Shown: positions 36,595 through 49,845, counted from the first letter of the stretch. The stretch: 64,000 bases of DNA from Heterodontus francisci (GCF_036365525.1 NC_090399.1:31156430-31220429); one strand, 5' to 3'. Made by a program: numbers and translations. The notes: generated by a model not told the origin, from the letters alone.

Positions 36595-37230
36595 GTGTGC
36601 AGTGAGACAGGGACACCAGCAAATGGAGATAGAGGAGGTGACTGATTTCAGTTTTACAGGAACACCAGCAGATGGAGAAGGTTAGAGGGAGTAACTGAAT
36701 GCAGTGAGACAGGGCCACCAGCAGATGGGGATGGTGAGCAAGGTGATTTAGTGCAGTGAAACAGGGCCACCAGCAAATGGAGACGGTGAGTGAGGTGATT
36801 GAGTGCAGTGAAACAGGGACACCAGCAAATGGAGATGGTGAGAGGTGGGGTAACTGAGTGCAGTGAGACAGGGACACCAGCAGATAGAGATGGTGAGGGG
36901 GGTCGGAGTGAATTGAGACAGGGCTACCAGCTGATAGAGATGGTGAGAGGGGGTGACGGCAGTGAAACAGGGACACCAGCAGATGGCGATGGTGAGCGGG
37001 GTTAACTGAGTGCAGTGAAGCTGGAATACGAGCAGATGGAGATGGTGAGAGAGGTGACTGATGCAGTGAGAGAGGGATAGTAGCGTACGGTGATAGAAAG
37101 AGGGGGTGACTGCAGTGAGACAGAGACACCAGCAGATGGAGATGGTGAGAGGGGTTAACTGAGTGCCACATAGCCCTGCAAGGTGTAGCATATAAAGAGA
37201 GGGGGGTGACTGATTGCAGCGAGAAACGAT
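36595..37230. repeat. Minisatellite, ~51-55-bp unit (gcagtgagacagggacaccagcagatggagatggtgagaggggttaactgagt), ~11 copies
   Basis: Directly visible tandem recurrence. Confidence 0.9.
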
Positions 37231-37254
37231 AATTTTGGACACAATTAGCAGTCA

Positions 37255-38140
37255 CTTGGACAGATGTGATTAACTAAGGAAAACCAGCATGGATTTCTTA
37301 AGAGTATTTCTTATTCTTAGACAGTCCGTCGGGAAGGAGGATGACTTTCTTCCACTCGAGGGTTGTAGGTCCTTAGGTGACTGAATAGTCCAATTCTGGA
37401 TCCACACGCTCTTCCACAGGTGTGGCAGGTGGTGTTTGGTGATGTTTTGGGATGTTCGAATTTCTGAACGCTTCTTCCACTTTTTGGACTTGGTCGCTCC
37501 CTGGACATGTCGACGTTGTTCAAACTGGCTGGCACCTTGACAGATGTTTCTTCTCCATTTTGGGCGGTCTCAGGCAAGAGATTCCCACGAATCAGTGGAG
37601 ATGCCACAATTTTTCAGCAAGGCATTAAGGACATGCTTGAAAGGTATACATCATGTTTAACTAACCTGCTTGTGTTTTCTGATGAGGTAACAGAGAGGAT
37701 TTATTTCTGTCATGCAGCTGATGTGGTGTACATGGATTTCCAAAAGACATTTGAGAAAGTGACACATAACAGGCTTGTCAGCACAGTTAAAGTCAATGGA
37801 ATAAAAGGGCAGCATGGATATGAATTTGGCTCAGTGAAACAGAGAGTAGTGTTTTTTTTTCCTGATTGGATGACGATTATATGCAGATGTTCCCTGAGAC
37901 TCCGTGTTAAGAGGCTTGCTGCTTTTATTGATATTTTTAATGACCTAGACTTGGGCGAACAGGACTCCATTTCATAATTTGCAGGTGGCACAAAACCTGG
38001 AAGTATTGTAAACTGTGAGGAAGATAGTGATAGTCTTCAAGAGGACATAGGTGGCTGATCGAATGTGTGGACAAGTGGCAGATGAAATTTAATTCAAATG
38101 TGTGAAGTGGTTAATTTTGGTAGCAAGAACAAGGAGAGGT
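37255..38140 (+). mobile_element. Degenerate CR1 RT fragment interrupted by an RTE fragment
   Basis: QHGFLK...SCLTNLL, DVVYMDFQKTFEKVTH and KWQMKFN motifs. Confidence 0.8.
37315..37620 (-). mobile_element. RTE-like 3' fragment
   Basis: TCHTCGRACGSRIGLFSHLRT C-terminal zinc-finger-like motif, as in 18840-20315. Confidence 0.75.
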
Positions 38141-38990
38141 TCTCCCACTATAGTACACCAAGGGGCTGGAAACTGTTTAAAACCCCTCGGGCTCCATCCA
38201 TAAAAGAATGTTGATTGTATGTAATGGAAATGTACATGTATTAGAAGTGGTTAGGAAATTCTGCTACCTTGGTCCACGATGACAGACAATCTGTCCCTTG
38301 TTGCAGAGCTCGATGCACACATAAGGATAGCAGCAAGCACCTTTGGCCAACTTTCAAAATGCACATGTGATAACACCAAGCTGACTCTTCGGACAAAGCT
38401 GATGCTTTATGAAGCCTGTATTCTCAGTACTTTGCTGTATGGCTGTGAAACATGGACAACTTGCAGCTACCAGGAAAAGAAGCACAATAATTTCCATATT
38501 CACTGTCTGTGGCACATTTTGGGTATATTCTGGCAGGATAAAATCACAAATTCAGCAGTCCTCTCAAAGGCAGAGCACCCATGTGTGTTGACACTAATCA
38601 AATGGAGGAGGCTGCGGTGGATTGGACATGTACACAGGATGGAAGGCATTCGTATACCCAAGGAACTTCTGTATTGTGAGGTCTCTGGGGCCAGACGACC
38701 AGCGGGATGCTCAAATCTCCGCTTCAAAGATGCTTGCAAGCGTGACATGAATCCCTAAATGTCAACTATCGCACCTGTGAGTCACGAGCTGGCGAAATAA
38801 GGCAATGGCGCCACATCCTGTAGACTGGTGTGCACTACCCCGATCACCAGTTGCTACAGCAGCTTGGCAACAGGCGCCAACGCCAAAAACAACATCTCAC
38901 AGCGTCATTTGCCAGCTTCTTGTGCAGCACTTGTGGCAGAACCTGCCTCTTAAGAATTGGCCTTCACAGTTATCAGCAAAGGTGAACCAA
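38140..38990 (+). mobile_element. RTE-clade LINE 3' fragment
   Basis: ORF 38279-38758 contains YEACILSTLLYGCETWT, RRLRWIGHVHRME and RIPKELLY. Confidence 0.9.
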
Positions 38991-40699
38991 GTAAAGACAC
39001 CCCACCTAAATGGATTGTTTGCTGTGTCAAATTGACGTCAACACTTGTAAATATAACCTGAAATCGTAAGTATAGTGAGGCACCTCCTGTACTGTATTGA
39101 AAGAAATTGATCTTTATTGCACTTTATGTAATGTAAAATTTGAATTATGTAACATATTGTTAGAAATGTTATGAATAATATTTTTTGGGAAAAAAAATAG
39201 TTTGCAGGCTCCTTGAGCCTCTGACATGTTGGGCAATTTCTCAATCTGCTCCCTAGGAGGCCTGTCTATTACTATATTAATCATAGTGTTAAAGTAATGT
39301 TCTTGCCAGAAGATTTGCTGGTGCTTTTGGGTAGGGTTTAAACTAGTTTGGCAGGGGGATGAGAACTCGAGGGAAGACTCAGATGGGGCAAAATCAGAAA
39401 TGTAAATGGGATGCAGAAAATTAGTGAGTAAGCCTGGAAGGCAGAGGAACCAAAGGATAAAAAGTAATGAAATAAATTGTTCGTGCTCAAGGGTATATTG
39501 TTCCATGCAACAGGTACAGCAGATAAAGCAGACAAGCTGGGGTTGCAGATAGAAACGTGGCAGTACAATATCATAGCTATTACACAAACATGGCTTAAAT
39601 AGGGGCACGAATCGCAGCTCAACTTTTCTGGTTACAGGGTTTTCAGACGAGACAGAGAGGAGGACTAAAATGGAGGGATGGTAATTTTGGTTAGAGAAGC
39701 AATTACAACTGTGAGGAAGGATGATATATTGGAAAGATCATCAATTGAGGAGATATGCATTGGCTTAAGGATAAAAAGGGGCAGGCACACTAGTGGCAGT
39801 GTACTATATACCCACGAACAGTCAGAGGGCGATAGAAGAGCAAATATGTGAATCAATCTCTGAGAAGTGCAAAAACAATAGGGCAGTAATAGTAAGCGAT
39901 TTCAACTACCCCAATATTAATTGGGAAAATGTTATTGTGAAAATAATAGAGGCAACAGAATTCCTGAAGTGCATTCAGGGCATCCTTTCTGGCCAATATG
40001 TAGCAATTCCAACAAGGTTCTGGAATTGGTTTTAGGTAATGAAGCTGGGCAGGTGGAAGGAGTGGTAGTGGGAGAGCATTTTGGTGGTGATGATCGTAAT
40101 TCAGTCGGTTTTAACACAATTACGGAAAAGGACAAGTATAAAGCAGGAGTTAGAGTTCTAAATTGGGGTAAGGCCAATTTCTCCAAGCTAAGGGATTTCG
40201 CAAAAGTGTACTGGAAACTGCTACTTGAAGGCGAGGCAGTGGGGGGGGGGGGGGGTGGGGGGCATTAAAAGGGGAGATGCAAAGGGTTCCGAGTAAACAT
40301 GTTCCCACAAAGACAAAGGGTGGGACCCCGCCAAATTTAGAGCCCCTCAGATTTCAAAGAGCTTACAGGGTATGATAAGGTAGAAAAGAAAAGCTTATGA
40401 CTGACACTGAGACCTCAATACTAAAGAACGCCGAGAAGAGTATAGAAAGTGGAGGAGTGAAATCAAAAAGGAAATTAGGAAAACAAAGAGAGGACATGAA
40501 AACCCAAAGATGAATTATCAATGCATTAAAAGTAAGAGGACAACTAAGGAAAGAGGAGGGTCAAAAAAGACCAAAAAGGTAACCTATGCGTGGTGGCAGA
40601 AGATGTGGTTATGGTTCGTTATGAATACTTTGTATTCGTCTTCAGAAAAGAGGGGGACGAGGCAAAGAATGTAGCTAAGGAGGAGTGTGATTTTTTTAA

Positions 40700-41545
40700 T
40701 TAATTCATTTCATGGGATATGGACGTGACTGGCCAGACCAGCATTTATTGCCCTTCCTAATTGCCCTTGAGAAGGTAGTGGTGAGCTGCCTCCTTGAACC
40801 ACTGCAGTGTCTATGGGATAGATACACCCACAGTGCTATTAGGAAGGGGGTTCCAGGAATTTGACCCAGCGACAGTGAAGGAACGACGATATACTTTGAT
40901 GTAAGGATGGTTTGTGGAACTTACAGGTAGTGGTGTTCCCATGTATCGGCTGCCCATGTCCTTCTAGGTGGCAGAGGTCGCGGGTTTGGAAAGTGTTGTT
41001 TGAGTTGCCTTGGTGCGTTCCTGCAGTACATCTTGTGGATGGTACAAACTGCTGCAACTACATGTTGCTTGCAGAGGGAGTGAATGGTTATGGACGGGGT
41101 GCCAATTAAGTCGGTTGTTTTTTCTTGGATGGTGTCGAGCTTCTTGAGTGTTGTTGGAGTTGTACCCTGCACTCCAGGCAAGTGGAGAGTATTCCATCGT
41201 ACTCCTGACTTGTGCCTTACAGATGGTGGACAGGGTCTGGGGCTTCAGGAGGTGAGTTACTCACCGCAAGATTCCTAGCCTCTGACCTGCTCTTGTAGCC
41301 ACAGTATTTATATGGCTTCTCCAGTTCAGTTTCTGGTCAATGGTAACCCCCAGGATGTTGATAGTAGGGGATTCATCAATCATAATGCCGTTGAATGTCA
41401 AGGGGAAATGGTTAGATTCTCTCTTGTTGGAGCTGGAGCCTGCCACTTGTGTGGCGCGAATGTTACTTGCCACTTATCAGCCTAAGCCAGGATATTGTCC
41501 AGATCTTGCTTTATTTCTACACGGGGTGCTTCAGTATCTGAGGAA
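40700..41545 (-). mobile_element. 3' fragment of a second CR1/jockey-group LINE family, nested in CR1
   Basis: INILGVTIDQKLNWRSHINTVATRAGQRLG, MEYSPLAW and the tail ccagcatttattgccc. Confidence 0.85.
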
Positions 41546-42189
41546 TATTGTATGTGATAAATATCGTGTGAGAGGAAGTATTAAGAGGATTAGCATCCTT
41601 GAAAGTGGATAAAGCACCAGCGCCGGATGAAATGTACCCCACGCTATTAAGAGAAACCAGGGAAGGAATAGTGGAAGGTTTTACCATCATTTTCCTATCC
41701 TCGTTGGAATCCAGGTGTGGGCCCAGAGTGTTGCAGGTTTGCTAATATTGTATCTTTGCTTAGAAAGGGAGCGAGGAATAGTCTGAATAATTATAGACCA
41801 CTCAGTCTAACCTCAGTATTGGGTAAATTATCGGATTCATTTCTGAAAGACAGGATAGACTGTCACTTAAAAAGTTTAATCAAGGATAGTTAGCATGGAT
41901 TTGTTAAGGGAAAGTCGTTTCTGAGTAACTTGATTGAATTTTGTGAGGAAATAACAAGGAAGATTGATGAGCGTAGTGCAGTTGACATATTCTACACGAA
42001 TTTTAGCAAGACCTTTGACCAGTTCCCATATGGCAGACTGGTTAAAAAAAAGCTCATGGGATCCGCGGAACTTTTAGCTGGATACAAAATTGACTCAGTG
42101 GAAGGAAACAAAGGATAATTGCTGATGGGTGTTTTTGCGACTGGACGGCTGTTTCCAGTAAGGTTCTGTGGGGCCCTGTACTAGATCCC

Positions 42190-42585
42190 CTGCTCCAACA
42201 CTCAAGAAGCTCTATACCATCCACGATAAAGCAGTACACTTGATTGACACCCCATCCACCACTTGCAACATTCACTCCCTCCACCACTGATGCACAGTGG
42301 CAGCATTGTGTACCCTATACAAGATGCACTGCATGGGAACACCACCATCTGAAAGTTCGCCTCCAAGCCACAGACCATCCTGCCTTGGAACTATATCGCC
42401 GTTCCTTCACTGTTGCTGTGTCAAAATCTGGGAACTCCCTTCCTAACAGCACTGTTGGTGTCCTTGCATCCCAAGGACTGAAGCGGCTCAAGAAGGCAGC
42501 TCACCAGCACCTTCTCAAGGGCAATCAGGGATGGGCAATAAATGCTGGCTGAGCCAGTGACGCTCACATCCCACAAATGAATTTA
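42190..42585 (+). mobile_element. 3' fragment of the second LINE family
   Basis: RRSFTVAVSKSGNSLPNS...AAHQHLLKGNQGWAINAG. Confidence 0.85.
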
Positions 42586-43059
42586 ACGTAAATATAAAAG
42601 GGAATGATCAAGAAGTTTGCAGATGACCCATAAATTGGCCACGTGGTTAATAGTGAGGAGGATGGCTGCAGACTCCAGGAAGATATCAACAGACTGGTCA
42701 GTTCGGCAGAAAAGTGGCAAACGGAATTTTACCCAAAGAAATGTGTGGTAATGCATTTGGAGAAGTCGAACAAGGCAAATGAATAGACAATAAATGGGAG
42801 GATACTAAGAAGTGAGGGACCTTGGAGTGAATCCACTGATCCCTATGGGAGCAAGACAGGTCGAAAAGGTGATTAAGAAGACAAATGGAATCCTTTCCTT
42901 TATTAGCCGAGGCATACAATATAAGAGTGGGAAGGTTATGCTGGAGTTACATAAAAGATTTGTTCGGCCACAACTTGAGTACTGTGTGCAGTCCAGGTCA
43001 TCTCATTACACAAAGGATGCAATTGCAATGGACAGGGCACTGAGGAGGTTTATGAGGAT

Positions 43060-43231
43060 AAAAGCAAAATACTGCGGATGCTGGAAATCTGAAATAAAAA
43101 CAAGAAATGCTGGAACCACTCAGCAGGTCTGGCAGCATCTGTGAAAAGAGAAGCAGAGTTAACGTTTCGGGTCAGTGACCCGAAGAAGGGTCACTGACCC
43201 GAAACATTAACTCTGCTTCTCTTTTCACAGA
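43060..43231 (-). mobile_element. Miniature PLE-derived hairpin insertion
   Basis: 11-bp TSD tttatgaggat (43049-43059 / 43232-43242). A ~44-bp near-perfect inverted repeat is centred on the hammerhead core. Confidence 0.88.
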
Positions 43232-43709
43232 TTTATGAGGATTTTGCCAGGATTGGAAAATTGTAGGTAGCAGTAAAGATTGGATATGGTGGGGTTGTGC
43301 TCCTTCGAACAGAGGAGGCAGAGGGGAAATTCGATTGAGATGCACAAAACTGTGAGGGGCCTGGATAGAATGGATGTGAAGGGCCTATTTAGCTTAGCAG
43401 AGAGGTCAGTGACTAGGGAGCATAGATTTAATGTGATTGGTAGAAGGATTAGAGGCGGGATAAGGACATTTGTTCACCCAGAAGATGATGGGGGTATGGA
43501 ACTCACTGCCTGAACGGGTGGTAGAGACAGAAAACGTCATCTCATTTAAAATCTTTTTGGATGTGCACCTGAAGTGACGTAACCTGCAGGGCCACAGAGC
43601 AAATGCTGGAAAATGGGTTTAGGTTGGGTGGCTCATTTTTGTGCCTGGCACATACCCGGTGGGCCCACTGGCCTCTTTCTGTGATGTAAACTTTCTATGA
43701 TTAATTTTT

Positions 43710-44220
43710 CAATGCTGGAGCCACTGCATAGTGTGCATAGAAAACTTAGGAGGATGATACCAGAAATGCCTGGGCATCCATATCAGGAAAAGGTGAACGG
43801 GTTGTGTCTCTTTTCTCTTGAAAAAATAATGCTGAGAGGTTACACAATAGAGGTCTCCAAAATTCTGAAAGATGTTGATAGAGTGGATTCAGAGAGAATG
43901 TTTCCATTTGTGGGGAAGAGCATAACTAGAAGCCACCAGTATCAGATAGTCATCAAGAAATCCATTAGTAAATTCAGAAGAATTTCTTTACCCAAAGAGT
44001 AGCGAGAAAGTGGAACTCGGTACCACAGAGAGTGGTTAAAGGGAATACTACAGATGCATTTAAGGGGAAACTAAACAAGTACATAAAAGAGAAGGAAATA
44101 GAGGGTAACGGTGATCGATTTAGATGAGGAAAAATGGGAGGAAGCTCCAGTAGAGCATAAAACGCCGCCATGGACTGGTTGGGCCGAATGGCCTATTTCT
44201 GCGCGGTATAAACTCCTATG
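43710..44220 (+). mobile_element. CR1 3' fragment
   Basis: ORF 43697-44002 contains LFSLEK..LRG..IEVSKILK..DRVD..RMFP. Confidence 0.8.
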
Positions 44221-46562
44221 AAAGTTATAAAACAGACACCATTTTGCTTTTCATTGAAGTGAATGGAAAGTAAAATTGGTTGGGCTATGCAATGGATCGC
44301 CGATCCAATATTACCGGATTTGCCACATTGCTAAAAGATATTTGTCAGATCTTGTGGTCAGTGGCGAAGGAACGCTTGTCACAAAATTCATTTTTCAGGA
44401 GCGTTTGAGCGGAGACTTGCTGTCATCGGGCGTCAGATCCAGCGCTGCGCCCTCTACAGGGGATCTGCGGCATGTGTGCGTAGGCCAAGAAACAACGAGG
44501 TTCTTCAATCAATTTTGAAAACTTTCACTGAGACACACAATCTAAATCGGTAAGTATAAAGCAGAAGGTATAAATTATGTACAGAGAGCGAAATAAAGAT
44601 TTTGGGGAAATTTAATGAAGCAAGAGATAAAAGACAAGCAGAAAAGGTATTTTAAAATCTCCATAATAACAATGAGTGCTACTGGCCCTACCGTTGTTCC
44701 CAATGCAAAACCTGGGCCATTATTCTGCATAACTACTTGCACTTATATAGCGGCTTCCATGTAGAAGTAATCCACCAAGCACTTAATAAAGGCGTACGGA
44801 AATTGACCCAAAAATGAGGCATTGGAATGGCTGCCGAAAACGTAAGCCAAAGAGGTGGACTTGAAGCATTGTCTTCGAGGAATGCAAGTGGAATTGCAGT
44901 GGATTTAGGGACAGAATTGAAGAGCTTAAAGGGGGCTGAAGGGCTGGTCACCACTGGTAGAACAAAGTGACGCAGGATATACAAGAGACAGATGGCTACA
45001 CATTAGGTTTAATTTTAACTTTGGTGAATGTGTAAAATTGTCAAAATCATATGGCTGTCCATTGGGCACCTGCTCGATTTTCCTGCCATTGAATTCAATA
45101 GAAATGAAAATTGGACCTAGTGTGTAATTTCATCTGACATGCGTCAGCCCATTTCACCGGACTGCCTATCTCTTCCTGAGGTCTGCTGCTGCCCTCCTCA
45201 TTGTTATGTCACCTATAATGCTGACCCTCAGAGAACACCATTGTAAAACGTGTCTCAGTCTGAAAAACTGATTTTCCTTCCATTAAAATCAATGGGAGAA
45301 TAATGTCAAGATCATATAAAGGTGTGGGATTCTCTTGCCCCGATGTTCTTTATGCCTTCGCTCAGGGGATGCTTTTATAGATTGCCTTTAATATAGAAAA
45401 ATGGCTCCAAAGCACTTCACAAATTTTTGAAAAACTCTGACCCAACAAAGACGAGTAAATGAACACAAGTACATTTGGCCTCTTTAGAGATGAATTCCAA
45501 TGGATTGCTAAATTGGAGCCCACCAAGATCCCACGGAATGGATATGAATGAACAACCACAACTGATGTTATTTGTCTCTTCCAATCAGTACTTTTGATGT
45601 TACCCGTCGAACCCTGCATAATTCCAACACGACACTTCGGGACACCTAGCAGCAACGTCACTTATATTGCACATACAGCTGAATACTTCACAGAGAACGC
45701 AAAATTCATGCACAAATGGTGCAGTTGTTTCCATGGTCATGAGTTCTTCTGCATATGAAAATTGCATTGTGAGGAATATGTGATGAAGAAGCTCTTGCAT
45801 CTATGTTAAAATGCCTCACCTATTTTTGGATAGTGCAGCTCAAGGTGGAATTCTGCCGCTCATAATCTTTAATGTTGCTGCAACGGTTGAGTCTGTTCAG
45901 TAATCTGAAGATGAATGCATACAAATCTTGTCTGTTTCGCTACACTGAGTTTCCAGACTTTTTTTTTATGTTGGGTGACTTTTTCATGTTCGGGGAGTTA
46001 AGAGATACCAGGTTTGAGAAATAAGGCATTTTCCCATTTCAGGTATCTAGGTTCCCCATTCTCCACTTGCTGGCAGCTATGACACAATCAGCCCTTCATT
46101 CGGACATGCTGTATCTTGCCTTAATATCAACCTTCGAAGACAGACTCGATACTGTGTCACTCTGATGGTCTTATTTCTCATCCCATGCAAGCTTCTTACC
46201 TTTCTGAGTAAGCTATATCATATAGTACCAATTACTAACAAAGAAGGGATTATTTCCTCACACTAATCTTCCAGTGAAGAGAGATTTCAATGCCATCAGT
46301 TTGTGCTGGACTATGTTGGTGTATTTAGGGTATCCTCCCCAGGATATTTATTAATCACTACTTAGGATAAGTGTTTCATTTAATTTCAAAGGTACCCACA
46401 CACATGCACACAAACAGACACATATAGAATATAGTTTTACCGTTATATTAACCTAAGCGGCTGTTATGTCTTGCAGGTACCGATAACATTAGGAAAGCAG
46501 GGATAGTAGAAGAAGTGGGAGATATAAGGTAATGAGTAACATATATATATATATATATATAT

Positions 46563-47495
46563 ATTGTGCACCATATACAAGATGCACTGTAGCAATGCAC
46601 CAAGGCGACTCAGACAGCACCTTCCAAACCCGCGACCTCCACCACCTAGAAGGACATGGGCGACAGATGTGTGGGAACACAACCACTTGCAACTTCCTCT
46701 CCAAGACACACATCATTCGTACTTGCAAGTATATATATATATATATCTATTTCGCTTCATGGGATGTGGGCGTCGCTGGCCAGGCCAGCATTTATTGCCC
46801 ATCCCTAATTGTCCTTGAGAAGGTGGTGGTGAGCTGCCTTCCATGTGGGGTAGGTACAGCCAAAGAGCTGTTAGGAAGGGAGTTCCAGGATTTTGTCCGA
46901 GCGACAGTGAAAGAACGATGATATACTTGCGAGTACGCATGATGTGTGGCTTGGAGGGGAAGTTGCAAGTGGTTGTGTTCCCACACATCTGTCGCCCATG
47001 TCCTTCTAGGTAGTGGAGGTCGCGGGTTTGGAAGGTGCTGTCTGAGTCGCCTTGGTGCATTGCTACAGTGCATCTTGTATATGGTGCACAATGCTGCCAC
47101 TGTATGTCAGTGGTGGAGGGAGTGAATGTTTGTGCACGGGGTGCCAATCAAGTGGGTTGCTTTGTCCTGTTTCTTGAGAGTTATTGGAGCTATACCCATC
47201 CAGACAAGTGGAGAATATTCGAGCACACTCCCGACTTGTGCCTTGTAAGTGGTGGATCGGGGTTGGGGAGGCAGGAGGTGAATTACCCTTTGCAGGATTC
47301 CTAGCCTCTCTCCTGCTTTTGTAGCCATGGTATTTATATGGCTCTCCAGTTCAGTTTCTGGTCAATGGTAACCCTCAGGATGGAGATAGTGGGGTATTTA
47401 GCGATGGTAATACAGTTGAATGTCAAGGGGAGATGGTTAGATTATATCTTGCTGGAGTTGGTCATTGCCTGGCACTTGTGTGCCACGAATATGGT
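46563..47495 (-). mobile_element. Second-family LINE 3' fragment (46750-47495) with a local ~170-bp inverted duplicate (46563-46734) embedded in (TA)n
   Basis: 46563-46734 is the near-exact reverse complement of 46921-47091. Confidence 0.85.
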
Positions 47496-47549
47496 GAATT
47501 AAAGCAAAAGGACAGAGAGCAAGCAAATGTTGTTTCGTTCCCATGGTAA

Positions 47550-48853
47550 GAACATCGAACAAAGAATAGTACAGCACAGGAATAGGCCATTCGGCCCACC
47601 AAGCCTGCGCCGATCTTGATGCCTGCCTAAAATAAAACCTTCTGCACTTCAGGGGAACGTATCCCTCTATTCCCATCCTATTCATGTATTTGTCAAGATG
47701 CCTCTTAAACGTCGCTATCGTACGTGCTTCCACCACTTCCCCTGGCAGCAAATTCCAGGCACTCACCACCCTCTGTGTAAAGAACTTGCCTCGCACATCC
47801 GCTCTAAACTTTGACCCTCTCACCGTAAACCTATGTCCCCCAGTAACTGACTCTTCCACCCTGGGAAAAAGCTTCTGTCTATCCACTCTGTCCATGCCAT
47901 TCTTAACTGTGTAAACCTCTATCATGTCGCCCCTCCACCTCCGTCGTTCCAGTGAAAACAATGCGAGTTTATCCAACCTCTCCTCATAGCTAATGCCTTC
48001 CAGACCAGGCAACATCCTGGTAAACCTCTTCTGTACCCTCTCCAAAACCTTCACCTCCTTCGGGTAGTAAGGCGAACAGAATTGCACGCAATATTCTAAG
48101 TGTGGCCTATCTAATGTTCTGTACATCTGCAGCATGACTTGCCTATTTTTATACTCTATGCCCCGTCCGATGAAGGCAAGCATGCCGTATGCCTTCTTGA
48201 CTACCTTATCCAGTTGCATTGCCACTTTTAGTGACCTGTGGACGTGTACGCCCAGATCTCTCTGCCTGTCAATAGTCCTAATGGTTCTGCCGTTTACTGT
48301 ATACTTCCCACCTGCATTAGACCTTCCAAAATGCATTACCTCACATTTCTCTGGATTAAACTCCATCTTCCATTTCTCCACCCAAGTCTCCCTCCAACTG
48401 ATCTATATCCTGCTGTATCCTTTGACAATCCTCATCATTATCCACAACTCCACCAACCTTTGTGTTGTCCGCAAACTTACTAATCAGACCAGCTACATTT
48501 TCCTCCAAATCATTTATATATACTACAAAGAGCAAAGGTCCCAGCACTGATCCCTGTGGAACACCACTAGTCACAGCCCCCCATTCAGAAAACACCCATC
48601 CACTGCTACCCTCTGTCTTCTATGACCGAGCCACTTCTGTATTCATCTTGTCAGCTCACCTCTGATCCCGTGTGACTTCACCTTTTGTACTAATCTACCA
48701 TTAGGGACCTTGTCAAAGGCTTTACTGAAGTCCATATAGACAACATCCACTGCCCTTCCTTCATCAATCATCTTCGTCACTTCCTCAAAAAACTCAGTCA
48801 GGTTTGTGAGACACGACCTCCCCTTCACAAAACAATGCTGTCTCTCGCTAACT
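47550..48853 (-). mobile_element. CR1 LINE, 5'-truncated
   Basis: ORFs 48643-48828, 48356-48595 and 47437-48381. Same family as 1644-2817. Confidence 0.95.
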
Positions 48854-48877
48854 CGTAGACTAGCAATCTTAGTTGGA

Positions 48878-49190
48878 ATGCAGTGCAGTGGTTAGCACCG
48901 CAGCCTCACAGCTCCAGAGACCCGGGTTCGATTCTGGGTACTGCCTGTGCGGAGTTTGCAAGTTCTCACTGTGACCACGTGGGTTTTCGCCGGGTGCTCC
49001 GGTTTCCTGCCACAGCTGAAGACTTGCAGGTAAATTGGCCATTGTAAATTGCCCCGAGTGTCGGTGGGTGGTAGGGAATATGGTTTACTGTAGGGTTAGT
49101 ATAAATGGGCGGTTGTTTGTCGGCATAGTCTCAGTGGGTCAAAGGGCCTGTTTCAGTGCTGTATCTTTGAATAAAGAAATAAAAAAAAAT
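48878..49190 (+). mobile_element. V-SINE (HE1-like)
   Basis: cagtggttagcaccgcagcc...ggttcgattctggg A/B boxes and an A-rich tail. Confidence 0.9.
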
Positions 49191-49697
49191 ACAAAGTGAT
49201 TCCTGACAACGCTGGCCGCCACTGACGTCATCAGGCTGCGTCGCAATGCGCACATGCGCAGACGGTCTCCTGCTATCTGTGCTGCATTCCGTTTGCCAGC
49301 ACAGTCAGCGCATGCGCCGATGACGTTATTGCTTGAGGTGTGCATCTTCGGGCAAAGCGCCTGGTCAGCCTCTGTGCATGCGCTTTTTGCAGCACCAATG
49401 GGTATTCACGCATGCGTCAACCTTCAGCGCGAGTTTCTTAAAGTGGAAGGAGGACAGGTTTTATCGGGCATTTTCTCGCAATTATTGTGCGTGTGCTCCA
49501 GTCCCTGTTGTAAGTTGCTCTGAAAACATTTCCATTGTCTGGAGCACTGCATGTGCTCCAGTCCACTGCACTGAACTAAAACATGAAGCATGCTCAACAG
49601 TAATTTCATTGGAGGAAAGGAAGTTCTGACACTGATGTTCTTTCCTTATTTCTTTTCGTGTAAGACATGCCAGCGAGAAAACAATCCTTGAGAATTA

Positions 49698-49845
49698 AGG
49701 GGGGATGGAGCCTGGAGGGGGGATTGGGGGAGAGGGAGGGATGGGGGTGGGGGGTGGCAGAGAGGGGGTTGGGGGACGGGGGGAGAGGGGGTTTGGGGGA
49801 GAGTGGGTGGGGGAAGAGGGGGTAGAGGGGAGAGGGGTGGTGGTT
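49698..49845 (+). repeat. G-rich purine tract with many GGG+ runs (G-quadruplex-forming potential)
   Basis: More than 15 runs of 3 or more G within ~150 bp. Confidence 0.75.

Larger units (their letters stand above)
39310..43700 (+). mobile_element. Long degenerate CR1 (EN and RT) with nested insertions
   Basis: YNIIAITQTWL, DFNYPNINW, LVLGNEAGQV, FSKTFDQFP and RPQLEYCVQ in order, with a CR1 tail at ~43680. Confidence 0.9.

Noticed and set aside
36575-37255. 226-aa His/Leu/Ser-rich ORF
   Set aside because: Minisatellite translation artefact.
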